Made by a program: the position numbers and the translations under genes. Below, one piece after another: positions 19,572 to 29,500 of a DNA stretch of 56,682 bases. A model generated the notes under the pieces. The model did no database searches, was not told where the DNA came from, and saw nothing but the letters and a program-made list of their open reading frames with translations. This DNA comes from an uncultured Planctomycetaceae bacterium (GTDB lineage Bacteria; Planctomycetota; Planctomycetia; Pirellulales; UBA1268), in contig CAJBCV010000037.1 of assembly GCA_903951635.1 (NCBI GenBank), positions 1-56,682 of the forward strand, in the 5' to 3' direction. Each line of letters begins with the position of its first letter. Position 1 is the first letter of the stretch.

Positions 19572-19958
19572 ATGCAGCAGGACGTGCGGTTCGCGAAGTC
19601 CCACGAATGGATCAGTCCCGTGGTTGGCGGTGTGGCGACAGTCGGGATCTCGGCGTATGCCGTCGAGGCACTCACCGATCTGGTGTTCATGCAACTGCCG
19701 ACGGTCGGCCGGAAGGTAAAGGCTGGCGAGTCGATCGGTGAGATCGAGAGCGTGAAGGCGGTGAGCGATCTCTACGCGCCGGTTTCGGGAGAGATCGTGG
19801 AGGTCAACACGTCGCTCCCCGATCAGCTCGAGACCCTCGGGAAGGATCCGTTCGGCGCGGGTTGGATCGTGAAGATCCGTCCCGACCAGCCGGCCGAGAT
19901 CGAAGCGCTCCTCGACCGGGCTGCCTACGAGGCGCTCATCGGCAGCCAGCCCCACTGA
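19572..19958 (+). CDS. gcvH: glycine cleavage system H protein
   Basis: The ATG at 19572 lies inside ORF 19476-19958. Motifs include FAKSHEWI and ESVKAVSDLYAPVSGEIVEVN, the latter containing the lipoyl-lysine motif E(S/T)VKA. Confidence 0.93.
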   Translation: MQQDVRFAKSHEWISPVVGGVATVGISAYAVEALTDLVFMQLPTVGRKVKAGESIGEIESVKAVSDLYAPVSGEIVEVNTSLPDQLETLGKDPFGAGWIVKIRPDQPAEIEALLDRAAYEALIGSQPH

Positions 19959-19967
19959 GACGCCCCC

Positions 19968-20858
19968 TTGAATCGAGCCTCTGACCCCTCGTCCGAAGCC
20001 TCTACCCGGCCGGTGATCGCGTGGTGGGATCCGCCGGCCGACGGCGCCACGAACATGGCGCTCGACGAGGCGCTGGCCGCTGAGGCTGCGCGTCTGGATC
20101 GGGTGCTTGTTCGCATCTCCACCTGGTCGGAGCCGACGCTTTCGCTCGGCGCTTTCCAGGCGATCGCGGAGGCGCGGGCGCACCGAGCTTTGGAGGGGGT
20201 GAAAATCGTCCGTCGGCCGAGTGGCGGCGGCGCGATTCTTCACGGCAGCGACGTCACCCTCGCGGTGGCCGTGCCACGCCTCCACCCCCGAGGCGGCACC
20301 CAGCAGCTCTACGACGCGGTCCATGGGGCGCTCGTCGCCGAGTTGACGGCGCGGGGCGTCGTGGCGGGCTTGTCCCCGGGGGCCGCTCGGGGGGAGCGGT
20401 CGGGGAGCGATCCGGAAGCCAGCGGCGCTTCCACTTCCGGGCCACCGGCGGAAGGGCCCCTCCTCTGCTTCGATCGGCGGGCGGTCGGGGATGTGGTCCT
20501 GCCGGTGGCCGATGGTCGCTTCGGCAGCGACTCGAAGATCCTCGGCAGTGCCCAGCGGAGGCTCCGCGGCGCGGTCCTCCAGCACGGCAGCCTCCTCTTG
20601 GGGGCCAATCGCCTCGTGGCGGAGGATGTCCGGCATCCCGGCCTCGACCAGCTCCAGCCGATCCCGGGATCGGACTGGGGGTGGAGGGGCGGATCTTCCG
20701 GGGGAACGGCGCTGGTACGGGGCTGGCTCACCCGGCTCGCGGCCACGCTTGGAGACGGACTCGAGACGCCCGCAGGCCGGTTTTCCCCTTCCCCGGAGGC
20801 GGGGTATGAGGAGGGCCTGGATCGATTTCGACAAGACAGTTGGAATGCTCGTCGTTAA
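19968..20858 (+). CDS. lipoate-protein ligase / octanoyltransferase family protein (BPL_LplA_LipB catalytic domain)
   Basis: NMALDEALAAEAA..., RISTWSEPTLSLGAFQ, IVRRPSGGGAILHG and KILGSAQRR are typical LplA/LipM-type motifs. The gene lies directly downstream of gcvTH. The start is TTG 19968 or the in-frame GTG at 20013. Confidence 0.75.
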   Translation: MNRASDPSSEASTRPVIAWWDPPADGATNMALDEALAAEAARLDRVLVRISTWSEPTLSLGAFQAIAEARAHRALEGVKIVRRPSGGGAILHGSDVTLAVAVPRLHPRGGTQQLYDAVHGALVAELTARGVVAGLSPGAARGERSGSDPEASGASTSGPPAEGPLLCFDRRAVGDVVLPVADGRFGSDSKILGSAQRRLRGAVLQHGSLLLGANRLVAEDVRHPGLDQLQPIPGSDWGWRGGSSGGTALVRGWLTRLAATLGDGLETPAGRFSPSPEAGYEEGLDRFRQDSWNARR

Positions 20859-20915
20859 GATCATGGGCTGGACAGAACCGGCCCTGGGGCAGTGACCGCA
20901 CTCGTTGTCGATCCG

Positions 20916-20938
20916 GACAGACAGACAGACAGACAGAC
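20916..20938. repeat. tetranucleotide microsatellite (GACA)5GAC
   Basis: gacagacagacagacagacagac was read directly from the sequence. It lies in the intergenic region between the lipoate-ligase-like gene (stop 20858) and the FHA gene (start 21065). Confidence 0.95.
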
Positions 20939-21064
20939 GTCGGGACCCCTGGTTCCAGGCGGACGGTGTTTGTGAGGAATCGATGAGCGTTTGGGGCCTG
21001 CCGGTCCGCGTGGGCCGGTGGGGATGGCAAGGGTCGGTCTCGCGTGGGTGGAGACAGCCGCACC

Positions 21065-21808
21065 ATGATCACGAAACTGATCGTCGCCTCCGGCAAGAGT
21101 GCCGGCCGTTCGATCGCCATCAAGAAGAACACGCTCCTCATCGGCCGCGCCGAGGAGTGCGACGTTCGTCCGTTGAGCGAGGATGTCAGCCGGCGTCACG
21201 CCGCCGTCCATGTCGGCCCGGCCGACGTTTGGGTCGAGGATCTCGGCAGCCGGAACGGCACGTTCGTCAACGGGACGCGGATCGCCGCGAAGACGAAAGT
21301 CGTGTCGGGAGATCTGATCCGGGTCGGCGCCCTCGAACTGACCGTGTCGTGTTCGGAACCCGTAGCTCAGGCGGGCGGGGATCAAGATGTGTCGAAGTGG
21401 CTGATGGCGGATGACGCCCCGGCCGGAATGTTCGACACCACCCGTTCCCTCCGGGCCACGTCCGAAGGCGTAAAGGCCACGACCATCGGCCCTGGCGACG
21501 CCGATTCCAGCAGCATTCATTCCGCCGCAGCCGGCTCGGACGACGTCCATGGCTCGACGATCTCCGGGATCGCCGGGGATGGTCCCGCGACCACCGTGTC
21601 GGGGTCGGCCACCGCCAAGAACAGCGGGAGTTCGACGAAGGTCGGCCAGAGCGTGGGCGACACGAAGTCGGACAGTTCGGTGGCGATCGATGCGGTCAAG
21701 CAGTCGCACGCCAAGCCCGGCTCGCTCCCCCCGTCAGCGCAGAAGGGAACGGTCAACTCGCGGGATGCGGCGGCCGAGGCGCTGAAGAAGTTCTTCGGCA
21801 ACCGCTGA
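21065..21808 (+). CDS. FHA domain-containing protein with a Ser/Gly/Ala-rich C-terminal region
   Basis: [50 protein letters not shown]...[13 protein letters not shown] is a canonical FHA core (GR...SR.HA...DLGS.NGT.VNG). Confidence 0.85.
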   Translation: MITKLIVASGKSAGRSIAIKKNTLLIGRAEECDVRPLSEDVSRRHAAVHVGPADVWVEDLGSRNGTFVNGTRIAAKTKVVSGDLIRVGALELTVSCSEPVAQAGGDQDVSKWLMADDAPAGMFDTTRSLRATSEGVKATTIGPGDADSSSIHSAAAGSDDVHGSTISGIAGDGPATTVSGSATAKNSGSSTKVGQSVGDTKSDSSVAIDAVKQSHAKPGSLPPSAQKGTVNSRDAAAEALKKFFGNR

Positions 21809-21883
21809 GCGGTGCGCTGCCCGTTCTGGGCACGGGGTGATTCGCCGGGCTGTAGGGTCGGGTGAGAACGGTTGTGCCGGCAG

Positions 21884-21913
21884 AAAAGCTTCCCTGATCG
21901 GAAGCTTTTTCCC
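21884..21913 (+). terminator. intrinsic terminator-like hairpin after the FHA gene
   Basis: aaaagcttcc-ctgatc-ggaagctttt forms a 10-bp perfect stem with a 6-nt loop. The 3' arm ends in a T5 run (21906-21910), followed by ccc. It begins ~75 nt downstream of the stop at 21808. Confidence 0.55.
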
Positions 21914-22001
21914 AAAATGCCGGACCGGCGCCGTCGGAGGCGGGAATACTTCCGGCAGAGTTTCGCCAACCGCTCCAGTTTCTCGCCGAGGAGATCCGTC
22001 G

Positions 22002-22271
22002 ATGCCCGCCACCGTCACTGCCAACTGCCCGACCCTCGAGAGCCCCGCCCGCCGTGACACCTCGGCCGGCCCCCACCGGAGTCCGAAGGGGCCGCGTCGT
22101 CGTCGGTTCATCGATCCGACGACCTGCGATCGCGACTACGGCCCCGAAGAGGTCGAGTTCATGCAGGCCTTGGAGCGCTATAAGCGTGCCAGCGGCCGAA
22201 TGTTCCCGACCTGCAGCGAGATCCTCGAAGTGGTCCGCTCCCTCGGCTATCAGCGCAATCTCCCCGCCTGA
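22002..22271 (+). CDS. small basic hypothetical protein (89 aa)
   Basis: The ATG at 22002 lies inside ORF 21837-22271. The C-terminal half is [54 protein letters not shown] and has strongly GC3-biased codons. No family was recognised. Confidence 0.5.
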   Translation: MPATVTANCPTLESPARRDTSAGPHRSPKGPRRRRFIDPTTCDRDYGPEEVEFMQALERYKRASGRMFPTCSEILEVVRSLGYQRNLPA

Positions 22272-22407
22272 CCGCCGGGCAGGGGCGCGGCGAAGGGGGA
22301 TGGAGGGGTGGGGGAAATGCTGGGGCTGGGGGGATGGAGTTTCCCTCCCTGGACTTGTCGGGGGGCAGTCTGGCCGGTACCGTCCGCCGCCCCGTCGCCC
22401 CGCCGGA

Positions 22408-23292
22408 ATGCCCGTCGTGCCCCCTCAACCGTTCCCCACCCTGCCGCTCTCGGTCCGCGTCAGCGCCGTCGCCATCGCGGCGGTGGTCGTGCTGTCGGTT
22501 GGCTGCGGGTCGTTCAAGCGGAACGAGAATGCCGAGGGGGTAAAGCTCTATCAGCAGGGCAACTATCTCGGCGCCGTGAACCATTTCCAGCAGGCGCTGG
22601 CCCAGCAGCCGGGCAGCCCGGACTGCTTTTACAACCTCGGCGCCACCTATCACCAGCAGGCGAAGGTCTTCGGCAAGGGGAGCGACTGGCGGTCTGCGGA
22701 GCAGTATTACCACCTCTGTCTCTCCCGCAACCCGAACCACGACGCCTGCCAGCGGGCGCTGGCGGTGCTCCTCGTCGAAGAACAGCGGAGCCCGGAGGCG
22801 ATCGCCCTCCTCGAGGATTGGTCGCGCCGGCAGCCGAACAACCCCAACCCGCAGATCGAACTGGCCCGTCTCTGCCAGGAGCATGGTGACCTTCGCGAAG
22901 CGGAGAATCGGCTCGTCGACGCGTTGGCTGTCGATCCTTCGAATCCGCGGGCACTGGTGGCCCTCGGGCAGCTCCGCGAGGCGACCGGCGACAAGGATCA
23001 GGCTCTGGTGGACTATTCCCGGGCGCTGTCGGTCGATGGCGTGCAGCCGGTGGTCGCTGCCCGGGTGGCGACGCTCGCCGGCGCGGCGCCGACCGCCACC
23101 GTCCGGACAGCCGCGTTGCCGACGAGCCCGAGCGGCCTGCAACTCCCCGGGCCTCCCCCCATCGGCGGAGTGCCGTTGTCGGCCCCGGCCTCGGCATGGG
23201 GGCCAGCGCCCGCGGCGCTCCCGCCGGGCGGGTCGAACGGTTTCCCCGCCCCCCAGCCGGTCTCCGCTGCGGCGGCAGTTCCCGCCCGTTGA
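22408..23292 (+). CDS. TPR-repeat protein, probable lipoprotein
   Basis: The ATG at 22408 gives MPVVPPQPFPTLPLSVRVSAVAIAAVVVLSVGC, a lipobox-like VGC. TPR-like repeats follow (YQQGNYLGAVNHFQQALAQQPGSPDCFYNLGATYHQQ; AENRLVDALAVDPSNPRALVALGQL). The upstream part of ORF 22054-23292 is Arg/Pro-rich and overlaps the previous gene. Confidence 0.8.
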   Translation: MPVVPPQPFPTLPLSVRVSAVAIAAVVVLSVGCGSFKRNENAEGVKLYQQGNYLGAVNHFQQALAQQPGSPDCFYNLGATYHQQAKVFGKGSDWRSAEQYYHLCLSRNPNHDACQRALAVLLVEEQRSPEAIALLEDWSRRQPNNPNPQIELARLCQEHGDLREAENRLVDALAVDPSNPRALVALGQLREATGDKDQALVDYSRALSVDGVQPVVAARVATLAGAAPTATVRTAALPTSPSGLQLPGPPPIGGVPLSAPASAWGPAPAALPPGGSNGFPAPQPVSAAAAVPAR

Positions 23293-23522
23293 CCCTTCCC
23301 GCGGCGGGTCCTATCCTGCGGCGTTCCTGGGACACCGATGGCTCGGCTGTCGGTGACGGGGGGCATTCCGCCTGCTCCCCCTTCCCCCGGGGGAACGCCG
23401 GATGGCGTTGGTCCCCGGTTCATGCAGCCACGGGCGGATCGAATGCCCCGGGAGCCACGGCACCGCTGGGCGGAATGGAGAGCACCCGAGTGATGGATCG
23501 CACAACGCCGACTGCCGGGACC

Positions 23523-24617
23523 ATGGAACGCGTCTTCAACTTCTCGCCTGGCCCGGCGGTTCTCCCGCTCGAGGTGCTCGAGCGTGCCCGTGACGAGATG
23601 CTCTCCCTCCCCGGCGTGGGCATCTCCGTGCTCGAGGTCAGCCACCGGAGCCCGCCCTTCGACCGGATCCTCGAGGAGACGCTCAGCGATCTCCGCACCC
23701 TGCTCGGAATCGGGGACGACCACGAGGTGATCCTCGTTCAGGGTGGGGCGAGCCTGCAGTTCTCGATGGTCCCGATGAACCTTCTTCGCGGGCAACCGGG
23801 GCCCGCTGACTATTTGGTCACCGGCACGTGGGGGCACACCGGGGCGAAAGAGGCCCGTCGCGAGGGACGCGTCCATGTCGCCTGGGATGGCGAGTCGTCC
23901 AACTACGATCACCTCCCGGCGGCCGGAGAGATCAAACTCTCCCCCGACGCCGCCTATCTCCACGTCACGAGCAACGAGACGATCCAGGGGGTGCAGTGGA
24001 AGCATGACCCCGTCTTCGGCACCGCGCCGCTTGTGTGCGATTGCTCGAGTGACTTCCTTTCCCGCCCGATCGATGTGGCGAAGTACGGGCTGATCTACGC
24101 CTGTGCCCAGAAAAACGCCGGCATCGCCGGGGTGACCGTCGTGATCATCCGCAAGGATCTCCTCGAACGGTCGCGCGACGATCTGCCGACGATGCTCGAC
24201 TACCGCACCCACGTGAAGAACGGATCGCGGTCGAACACCCCGCCGGTGTTCGCCGTCTACATCCTCGGTCTGGTCTGCCAGTGGATCAAAAACAGCATGG
24301 GGGGCCTCGACGGAATGGCCGGCCACAATGCCGCCAAGGCGAAGACGCTCTACGACGTCCTCGATCGTTCGGCCGGCTTTTACCACGGCCATGCCCGCGC
24401 TGATTGCCGCTCCGACATGAACGTCACCTTCCGCCTCCGCGACGAGGCGATGGACAAGGAGTTCGTCAAGGGCGCTACGGCTCGGGGATTGGTCGACCTC
24501 AAGGGGCACCGCTCCGTCGGCGGCATCCGGGCGAGCATCTACAACGCGATGCCGGTCGAAGGGGTCGCCAAGCTCCGCGACTACATGATCGAGTTTCAAA
24601 AGTCCCACGGTGGCTGA
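23523..24617 (+). CDS. serC: 3-phosphoserine/phosphohydroxythreonine aminotransferase
   Basis: MERVFNFSPGPAVLPLEVLERA...VSHRSPPF...QGGASLQF...NETIQGV...YACAQKNAGIAGVTVVIIR...GGIRASIYNAMP are canonical SerC motifs. An alternative ATG start lies at 23493. Confidence 0.93.
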   Translation: MERVFNFSPGPAVLPLEVLERARDEMLSLPGVGISVLEVSHRSPPFDRILEETLSDLRTLLGIGDDHEVILVQGGASLQFSMVPMNLLRGQPGPADYLVTGTWGHTGAKEARREGRVHVAWDGESSNYDHLPAAGEIKLSPDAAYLHVTSNETIQGVQWKHDPVFGTAPLVCDCSSDFLSRPIDVAKYGLIYACAQKNAGIAGVTVVIIRKDLLERSRDDLPTMLDYRTHVKNGSRSNTPPVFAVYILGLVCQWIKNSMGGLDGMAGHNAAKAKTLYDVLDRSAGFYHGHARADCRSDMNVTFRLRDEAMDKEFVKGATARGLVDLKGHRSVGGIRASIYNAMPVEGVAKLRDYMIEFQKSHGG

Positions 24618-24700
24618 CGCCTGACTGCGAACCCCTCTGCGATCCATTGATCGGTCGAAAGCGACCGCGACGCCTCCCCCACCCTGCCGAGAAGCCGTTC

Positions 24701-26356
24701 ATGCCCTCCATCATCGTGCTCGACACCCTCAGCCCGGACGGCCTGGCGCTCCTCGACGCCGCGGCGGCGCATGGCATCACCTACGAGGTGGCGACAGGGC
24801 TCTCCGGTGACGCCCTCCGGGGGGCGCTGGCCCGGCACGATGGGGCGATCTGCCGCAGCGGCGTGAAGATCACTGCCGAATCGCTCGCGGGCAACCAGCG
24901 GCTCAAGGCGATCGTGCGTGCCGGGGTGGGCACCGACAACATCGACAAGGATGCGGCCACCCGGCAGGGCATCGTCGTCATGAACACGCCGGCCGGGAAT
25001 ACGGTGAGCACGGCGGAGCATGCTTTCGCGCTCCTCCTGGCCCTCTCCCGCAACATCGCCGCCGCGGACGCGAGCCTCCGTGCCCACCGATGGGATCGGA
25101 ACAAGTTCATGGGGGTTCAGGTCGCGGGCAAGACCCTCGGCATCGTCGGCCTCGGCCGTATCGGCCAGACGCTGGCGGCCCGGGCCCGGGCGTTCGAGAT
25201 GCGGGTGCTCGGTTTCGATCCCTTTCTCTCGGTGGAGCGTGCTGCCGAGTTGGGGATCGAACTGGTTCCCAGCGTCCATGCCATGCTCCCCGAAGTCGAT
25301 TACCTCACGGTCCATACGCCCCTCACGGCCGAGACGAAGTATCTCGTCGGCATGAAGGAACTCGATCTCCTCAAGCCGGGCGTCCGACTCATCAATTGCG
25401 CCCGCGGCGGCATCTACGAGGAGAAGGCGCTCGCCGAGGGGCTCGATCGCGGCGTCATCGCCGGGGTCGCCCTCGACGTCTTCGAGAAGGAGCCGTGCAC
25501 CGAGTCCCCCCTGTTCGACAAGCCTGGGGTGCTCGTCACGCCGCACCTCGGGGCGAGCACCGAAGAGGCCCAGTCGCAGGTGGCTGTGGAGGGGGTCGGG
25601 CTGCTTGTCGACTTCCTCGCCACCGGTGCCATCCGCCATTCGGTGAACTCCAGCCCCATCGATCCGGCCTCGCTCGAAGGGGTCAAGGGCTTTCTCGATC
25701 TCGCCTGGCGTCTCGGCCTCCTCCTGGCGAAGCTCGATGACGCGCCGCCGCGGTCCTGCTCGATCGCCTACCGCGGCGAGGTCGCTTCCCGGTCGACGAA
25801 GCTCGTCACCGCCGCCTTCGCCGCGGGGCTCCTCGAAGGAGCGGCGGACGACGTCAACATCGTCAACGCGGAGGTCCTCCTTCGGGAGCGGGGCATCGAT
25901 CTGGTCGAGCAGAGCCGGACCGATCCCGGCGCCTTCAGTTCGGTCGTCGCCGTCGACCTCGTCGCCGAGGGACGCGTCCACCGGGCTGCCGGGACGCTCT
26001 TCGGCCACGCGATGCCCAGGCTCGTGCAGCTCGAAGGGCATCGGCTCGAGGCCTATCTCGACGGCATCCTGCTGATCTTCACCCATCAGGACGTGCCGGG
26101 CATCATCGGGAACGTCGGCACGGCCCTCGGTGGGCTCGGCGTCAACATCGCCCAGATGACCGTCGGCCGATCGGCCCCGGGAGGGGATGCGATCGGCGTC
26201 CTCAATCTCGACGTGGAGCCCTCGGCGGCGGCGATCGCCGCGGTGGCGGCCGTGCCGGGCATCCGCTCGGTCAAGGTCGTCCGGATGCCCGCGGCAGGCC
26301 AACTCCCCAACTGGTTGGCGATGTCGTCCTCGGCGAGCCGTGCAGCCCGGAAGTGA
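24701..26356 (+). CDS. serA: D-3-phosphoglycerate dehydrogenase (long form with a C-terminal ACT region)
   Basis: The ATG at 24701 lies inside ORF 24404-26356. Motifs include GKTLGIVGLGRIGQ (NAD-binding), LINCARGG and TPHLGASTEEAQ. The C-terminal ~150 aa resemble an ASB/ACT-type regulatory region. Confidence 0.92.
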   Translation: MPSIIVLDTLSPDGLALLDAAAAHGITYEVATGLSGDALRGALARHDGAICRSGVKITAESLAGNQRLKAIVRAGVGTDNIDKDAATRQGIVVMNTPAGNTVSTAEHAFALLLALSRNIAAADASLRAHRWDRNKFMGVQVAGKTLGIVGLGRIGQTLAARARAFEMRVLGFDPFLSVERAAELGIELVPSVHAMLPEVDYLTVHTPLTAETKYLVGMKELDLLKPGVRLINCARGGIYEEKALAEGLDRGVIAGVALDVFEKEPCTESPLFDKPGVLVTPHLGASTEEAQSQVAVEGVGLLVDFLATGAIRHSVNSSPIDPASLEGVKGFLDLAWRLGLLLAKLDDAPPRSCSIAYRGEVASRSTKLVTAAFAAGLLEGAADDVNIVNAEVLLRERGIDLVEQSRTDPGAFSSVVAVDLVAEGRVHRAAGTLFGHAMPRLVQLEGHRLEAYLDGILLIFTHQDVPGIIGNVGTALGGLGVNIAQMTVGRSAPGGDAIGVLNLDVEPSAAAIAAVAAVPGIRSVKVVRMPAAGQLPNWLAMSSSASRAARK

Positions 26357-26555
26357 GCTTCCCCGGGGCGATCGTGTTTGACGCCTCTGCGGCGATCGGC
26401 ACAATGCAGGAAAAGGCTCGGGCGGGGGGATTGGATGGTGGCCGTGGCGAAGTCCTTCGTCTGGCCGTGTCCCCCATCCTGACTCGACGGCTGCGTTCGA
26501 GAGGCGGTGCGTGGCTCTCGATCGACGGTGGGGTGAAGGTTCCGGGGACAGGATC

Positions 26556-29500
26556 ATGGTGCGTTTCCAGGGTGGCCGCAGGGCCGGTCACGGGATCGAG
26601 GCGATCCTCTTGCTCCGTGGCCTGTTGCTCCGTGGCCTGTTGGCGGCGCTGCCGGTGCTGCTTGTCGCCCACGGGACTACGCTGGTCGCGGCGCGTGTGC
26701 AGCGCGAGGGAAGTCCGGCGGCGGGCGGCCCTGGCAACGCCGAGATCGCCACACGCCGGCTCCTCGACGCCCTCACCGAAAAACGGATGCACGATGTCGT
26801 GCTCGCCGTCCTCGATCGGGTGGCAAACGACCCTGAAGCCTCGGCCGAACTGCGAACGAGCCTGCCGCTACGCCGCGCTGGCGCGCTGACGGGGCTTGCG
26901 CGTCGCGAACCGGCCGGCGCGCGCCGTGCGGCGCTGCTGGAGCAGGCGGCCCAGGAAATCGATCGGTGCCTGGCGGCCGGGCCCGGCGGCGACGAGGCGA
27001 TTGCGGCCTACACGCAGAAGGGCAACCTCCTCGTCGAGCGGGGGCGGATCAAGCTCGCGCAGGCCAAGCGTCCCGGTGAGGACGGCCCGAAGCTCACGGC
27101 GGAAGCCATCCCCCTCTTCGATGCTGCCATCGCCGCCCTCGAGGCACCGCCCCGCGATCCTCAGGCGGAGATTCCGCCGCCGACGAACGCCGAGGATGCC
27201 GTCCTCGCGAGCCTCCGCGACGTCGATGCCCGGCTCGCCCAGCTCAAGAATGCCGGGAAGGAGAAGGAGGGGGACGAGCCCTCGGGCGGAAAGAAATCCC
27301 GTCGTCCTGCCAAGAAGCCGGCGACCGACGTGAAATTGATGGAGAAGCTCGAAGACCGTCAGGACGAACTCCGCGGTGAGCTCCTCCAGACCCGGCTCCT
27401 GGTCGGGAATGCCCACTTCGAGAAATCGAAGGCGCTCCCTCCCGGATCGGCCGAATGGAAGGCCGTCGTCAGGGGCTCGGCCGAGCGCTACCGAAAGCTG
27501 TTCGAGAAGTATCCCAAGTGGGGAGCCGGGCTCTATGCGCGGTATTACGAGGGGCGGAACTACCTCGTCCTCGCCCAGGCCGAGACGGTGCCGGAAGAGC
27601 GCCGCAAGCTTCTCGACACCGCCCTGCTCACCCTCGCGAGCATCCGCTCGCTCGACGGAGAATCGGGATTCGTGCCGACACTCCGCGCGAAGGCGATCAA
27701 TGCCTCGCTCGAGTGCTGGTTGGAGCAAAAGCTCTACGAGCAGTTCGACGACCGGCTCCAAAGGCTGGCGCTGGTGAACGTGCCCGCCGACCGGCTGGAT
27801 GCCGAGTGGCTGGGGATGAAGTACCGCTCGGCGCAGTTGCTGGCTGAAAAGGCGGAAGTTCTTCCCGGGGATCAGAAGGGGAAGAAGCCGGGGATGCTCC
27901 GGGATGCCAAGAAGCTGGCCACGGATGTCGCCCGCCACAACAAGGATTTTGCCCGCGAGTCGCGCGCTCTGCTCGAGAAGCTCGGTCGAGCCGCCCCCGA
28001 CGACGACGACGACCCGGCCGCCTCGTTCGCGGCGGCGTTCGACGTCGCGGCAGGGGCCGTGACGGCGATGCAGGAGAAGCAGGCCGAGGCGAAGGGAGCG
28101 ACGGCGGCCGGAAAGGCAGAGGAGGCTGCGGCGGCGCTCGAGGCGGCAGGCGTCGAGCGGACGCGGGCCATTGACGCCCTGCGGCGGGGCTTGGCCCGCG
28201 CGGACGGCGTCCCCTCCGACGATCTCAACCGGGCCCGCTCCCTCCTCACCTACCTCCTCTACGACGCCCGCCGCCTCCACGATGCCGCCGCCGTGGGCAC
28301 GTTCCTGGCCGAGCGCTACCCCAACGCGAAGGGGGCACGGCAGTCGGCCAAGATCGCGATGGCGGCTTGGCAGCAACTCGGCAGGGATGGTCCGGCGGCA
28401 TGGCACGCAGCGGCGAAGGCGCGGTGTGCGGAGGTGGCCACGCTCATCATGCGGACCTGGCCCAAGGAGCCGGAAAGCGCGGAGGCGGCGCAGGTCGTCG
28501 TCGCCTCGGCGGCGGAGTCCCACGACGCCGATCGCCTCGTGAAGCTCATCGCCGATGTTCCCCGCGATTCGGCCAAGGGGCCGGAGGTACTCCTCCGTGC
28601 CGGCGGGGCGCTGTGGCGCGAGCTCGTCGAACGCCGGCGTCTTCCTGACGACGTCCGACCGGCGCCCGAGATCCTCGCGGCGTGGAGGGGCCGGGCGGTC
28701 GAAGCTCTCGACGCCGGCCTGGCGGCCCTTCCTGCCGGGGGCCCGGTGAGCCCGGTGGCGGTGGCGGGGGGACTGGCCCGCTGCCAGATGGCGATCGAGG
28801 AGGGGGACCAGGCCCTCGCGGCGAAACTCCTCGAGCAGCCCTCCTGGGGCGGGTGGACCGTTCTCTCCTCCGGCGATGCCGCGTACGGATCGGGTCCGCT
28901 TGCCGAGAATGCCGCCACGGTGGCGCTGCGGTTTTTCATCCAGTCGCAGCAGCTCGACAAGGCCCAGCAGGCCTTTGACAAGCTCGAAGCGGTGGCGGGG
29001 ACCGGCCCGGAGGCGACGGCCAAACTCACGAACATGTATCTCTCGATGGGGCGAGATCTCCAGGGGCAACTCGAGGCCTTGGCGGCCAATCAGGGGGCCA
29101 GCCAGGGGGCGTCGGCGGGAGCGGCGTTGGGGATTCTCGCCGGCTTCGAAAAGTTTCTCGAGGGTGTGGCCAAACGGGATGCGAAGGTGGCGTCCCAGAT
29201 GTGGGTGGCGACGACCTATCTGTCGCTCGGCTCGGGGAGCGGTTCGGGGTCGGTCGTGCCCCAGGCCAAGGCTTCCGGCTATCTCGCGCGGGCTGCGGAG
29301 GTCTACGAAGCCCTTCTCAAGCGGTCGGGCTCGGCCGACGGGGCCGACGAGATCGCCCGCTTCATCCCCTCGATCCGCCTCAAGTTGGCGAGTGTCTACC
29401 GGGAGCTGGGGCGTTGGGACGAGGCCCTTGGGCATGTCGACTGGATCCTCTCCGACGCGAAGCGGCAAAACTCCCTCGACGCGCAGATCCAGGCCGCTGA

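Noticed and set aside
22054-22407. N-terminal 118-aa extension of the TPR lipoprotein ORF; similar 5' extensions occur on ORFs 142, 1280, 3039, 13228-14919, 24404, 34355-38278, 41261-42760, 45265, 49672-50622, 51205-52581 and 52038-53249
   Set aside because: The extensions are Arg/Pro/Ser-rich, overlap neighbouring genes, and precede internal starts that yield canonical N-termini or signal peptides. They are treated as non-coding read-through of open frames.
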